A stretch of DNA of 64,000 nt from positions 20,944,783 to 21,008,782 of the forward strand of contig JAHRHZ010000140.1 in NCBI GenBank assembly GCA_024137785.1, given 5' to 3'. How positions within the stretch are numbered: position 1 is the stretch's first letter; the number at the start of each line of letters is the position of its first letter. Under the pieces are notes generated by a model. It saw nothing but the letters and a program-made list of their open reading frames with translations. It did no database searches and was not told the origin of the DNA. This document shows, piece by piece, positions 63,188 to 64,000 of the stretch. This DNA comes from Ginglymostoma cirratum (Eukaryota). Made by a program: the position numbers and the translations under genes.

Positions 63188-64000
63188 ACTTAATAACTCA
63201 TGTTTGAAGGAGCAATGAGTCCAAAATGAAGCAGCTGGTCTAGCCACTACTGTCCCACTCACCCCAACCTGTCTGTTATATGAGGGTGGGCAGGGAAGGC
63301 ATTGGGCAGTTCACCTGCCCTGAAGCCTATTGAGGTCCTCAAGTGGTCAATTAATGTCAATTTAAGAGCCTCATTCTACTACCTCCATCCCTCTTTGCTG
63401 GGGTTTGCCTGCCAGATTTCGTCAATAGCCCAGACTGACTTCAGTCTGGCCTCCATTACCTTCTCTTCTTCAGGCTCTGGCTGTAGTCACAGCAGTGACT
63501 ATCACTCAGTTCTGGTACCGCAGGGACTATAGAGCCACTGAACAATCAGATTGGGTCTCAGCTGTCCAGGCTGGGACTTCCTCCCAGCTGGGTTAAGGGA
63601 AAATGCCCCACACTGAAACATCTTAAGGTTGTTCCTGATGGAGTGTCCCTGTGGGACACTTTGGTTTTGGGTGGGTGAATGGACCGATACCTGAATTTTC
63701 AGTTGTAGGGTGTCGGTGGTGTGGGATATGCGACTTTGTCCATAGTGTCATAAAGTCATTATGGAGTAGGAGGAGGCTAGCTGGCACATTGTTGTCAATG
63801 AAAGAGCTTGGGAACCACCCACACCATCCAACCCTATTGGCCAATGATTGTGGGCATGGAAGAAACATTCTTGCTTTGTCCTGCCAGATTGTTCTTTAGT
63901 CTGTGAATTCTTTCACTAGTTCCCCTATTCTCCCATGGAAGACTATGAAGATATGAAAACAATAACACCTGCGCATGCATGCAGAAGAGCTGAATTAGAA

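Overview
Eukaryotic, vertebrate genomic DNA, most likely from a shark or ray, judged from its HE1/V-SINE, Deu-domain SINE and CR1 repeat content. The whole window lies inside one + strand gene, NRAP (nebulin-related anchoring protein). I traced 26 internal AG..GT-bounded coding exons (3327 nt, 1109 codons, all introns phase 0, no stop codons). They encode the last simple nebulin modules plus super-repeats 1-4 and the start of super-repeat 5; the start and stop codons lie outside the window. The introns are packed with decayed transposons: CR1, L2, Rex-Babar and RTE LINEs, V-SINEs, Deu-SINEs, a Tc1/mariner MITE, gag relics, a solo LTR and a Harbinger relic. There is one 146-N gap. The most notable non-coding signal is a family of about 9-12 short Penelope-like insertions carrying a minimal hammerhead-ribozyme core (CUGAnGA-stem II-GAAACGUH). 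Several have 11-14 bp target-site duplications, two are fold-back palindromes, one has an inverted flank duplication, and two cores lie sense to the NRAP pre-mRNA. Family names come from recognition by eye, not database searches, and repeat boundaries are approximate unless a TSD is given.
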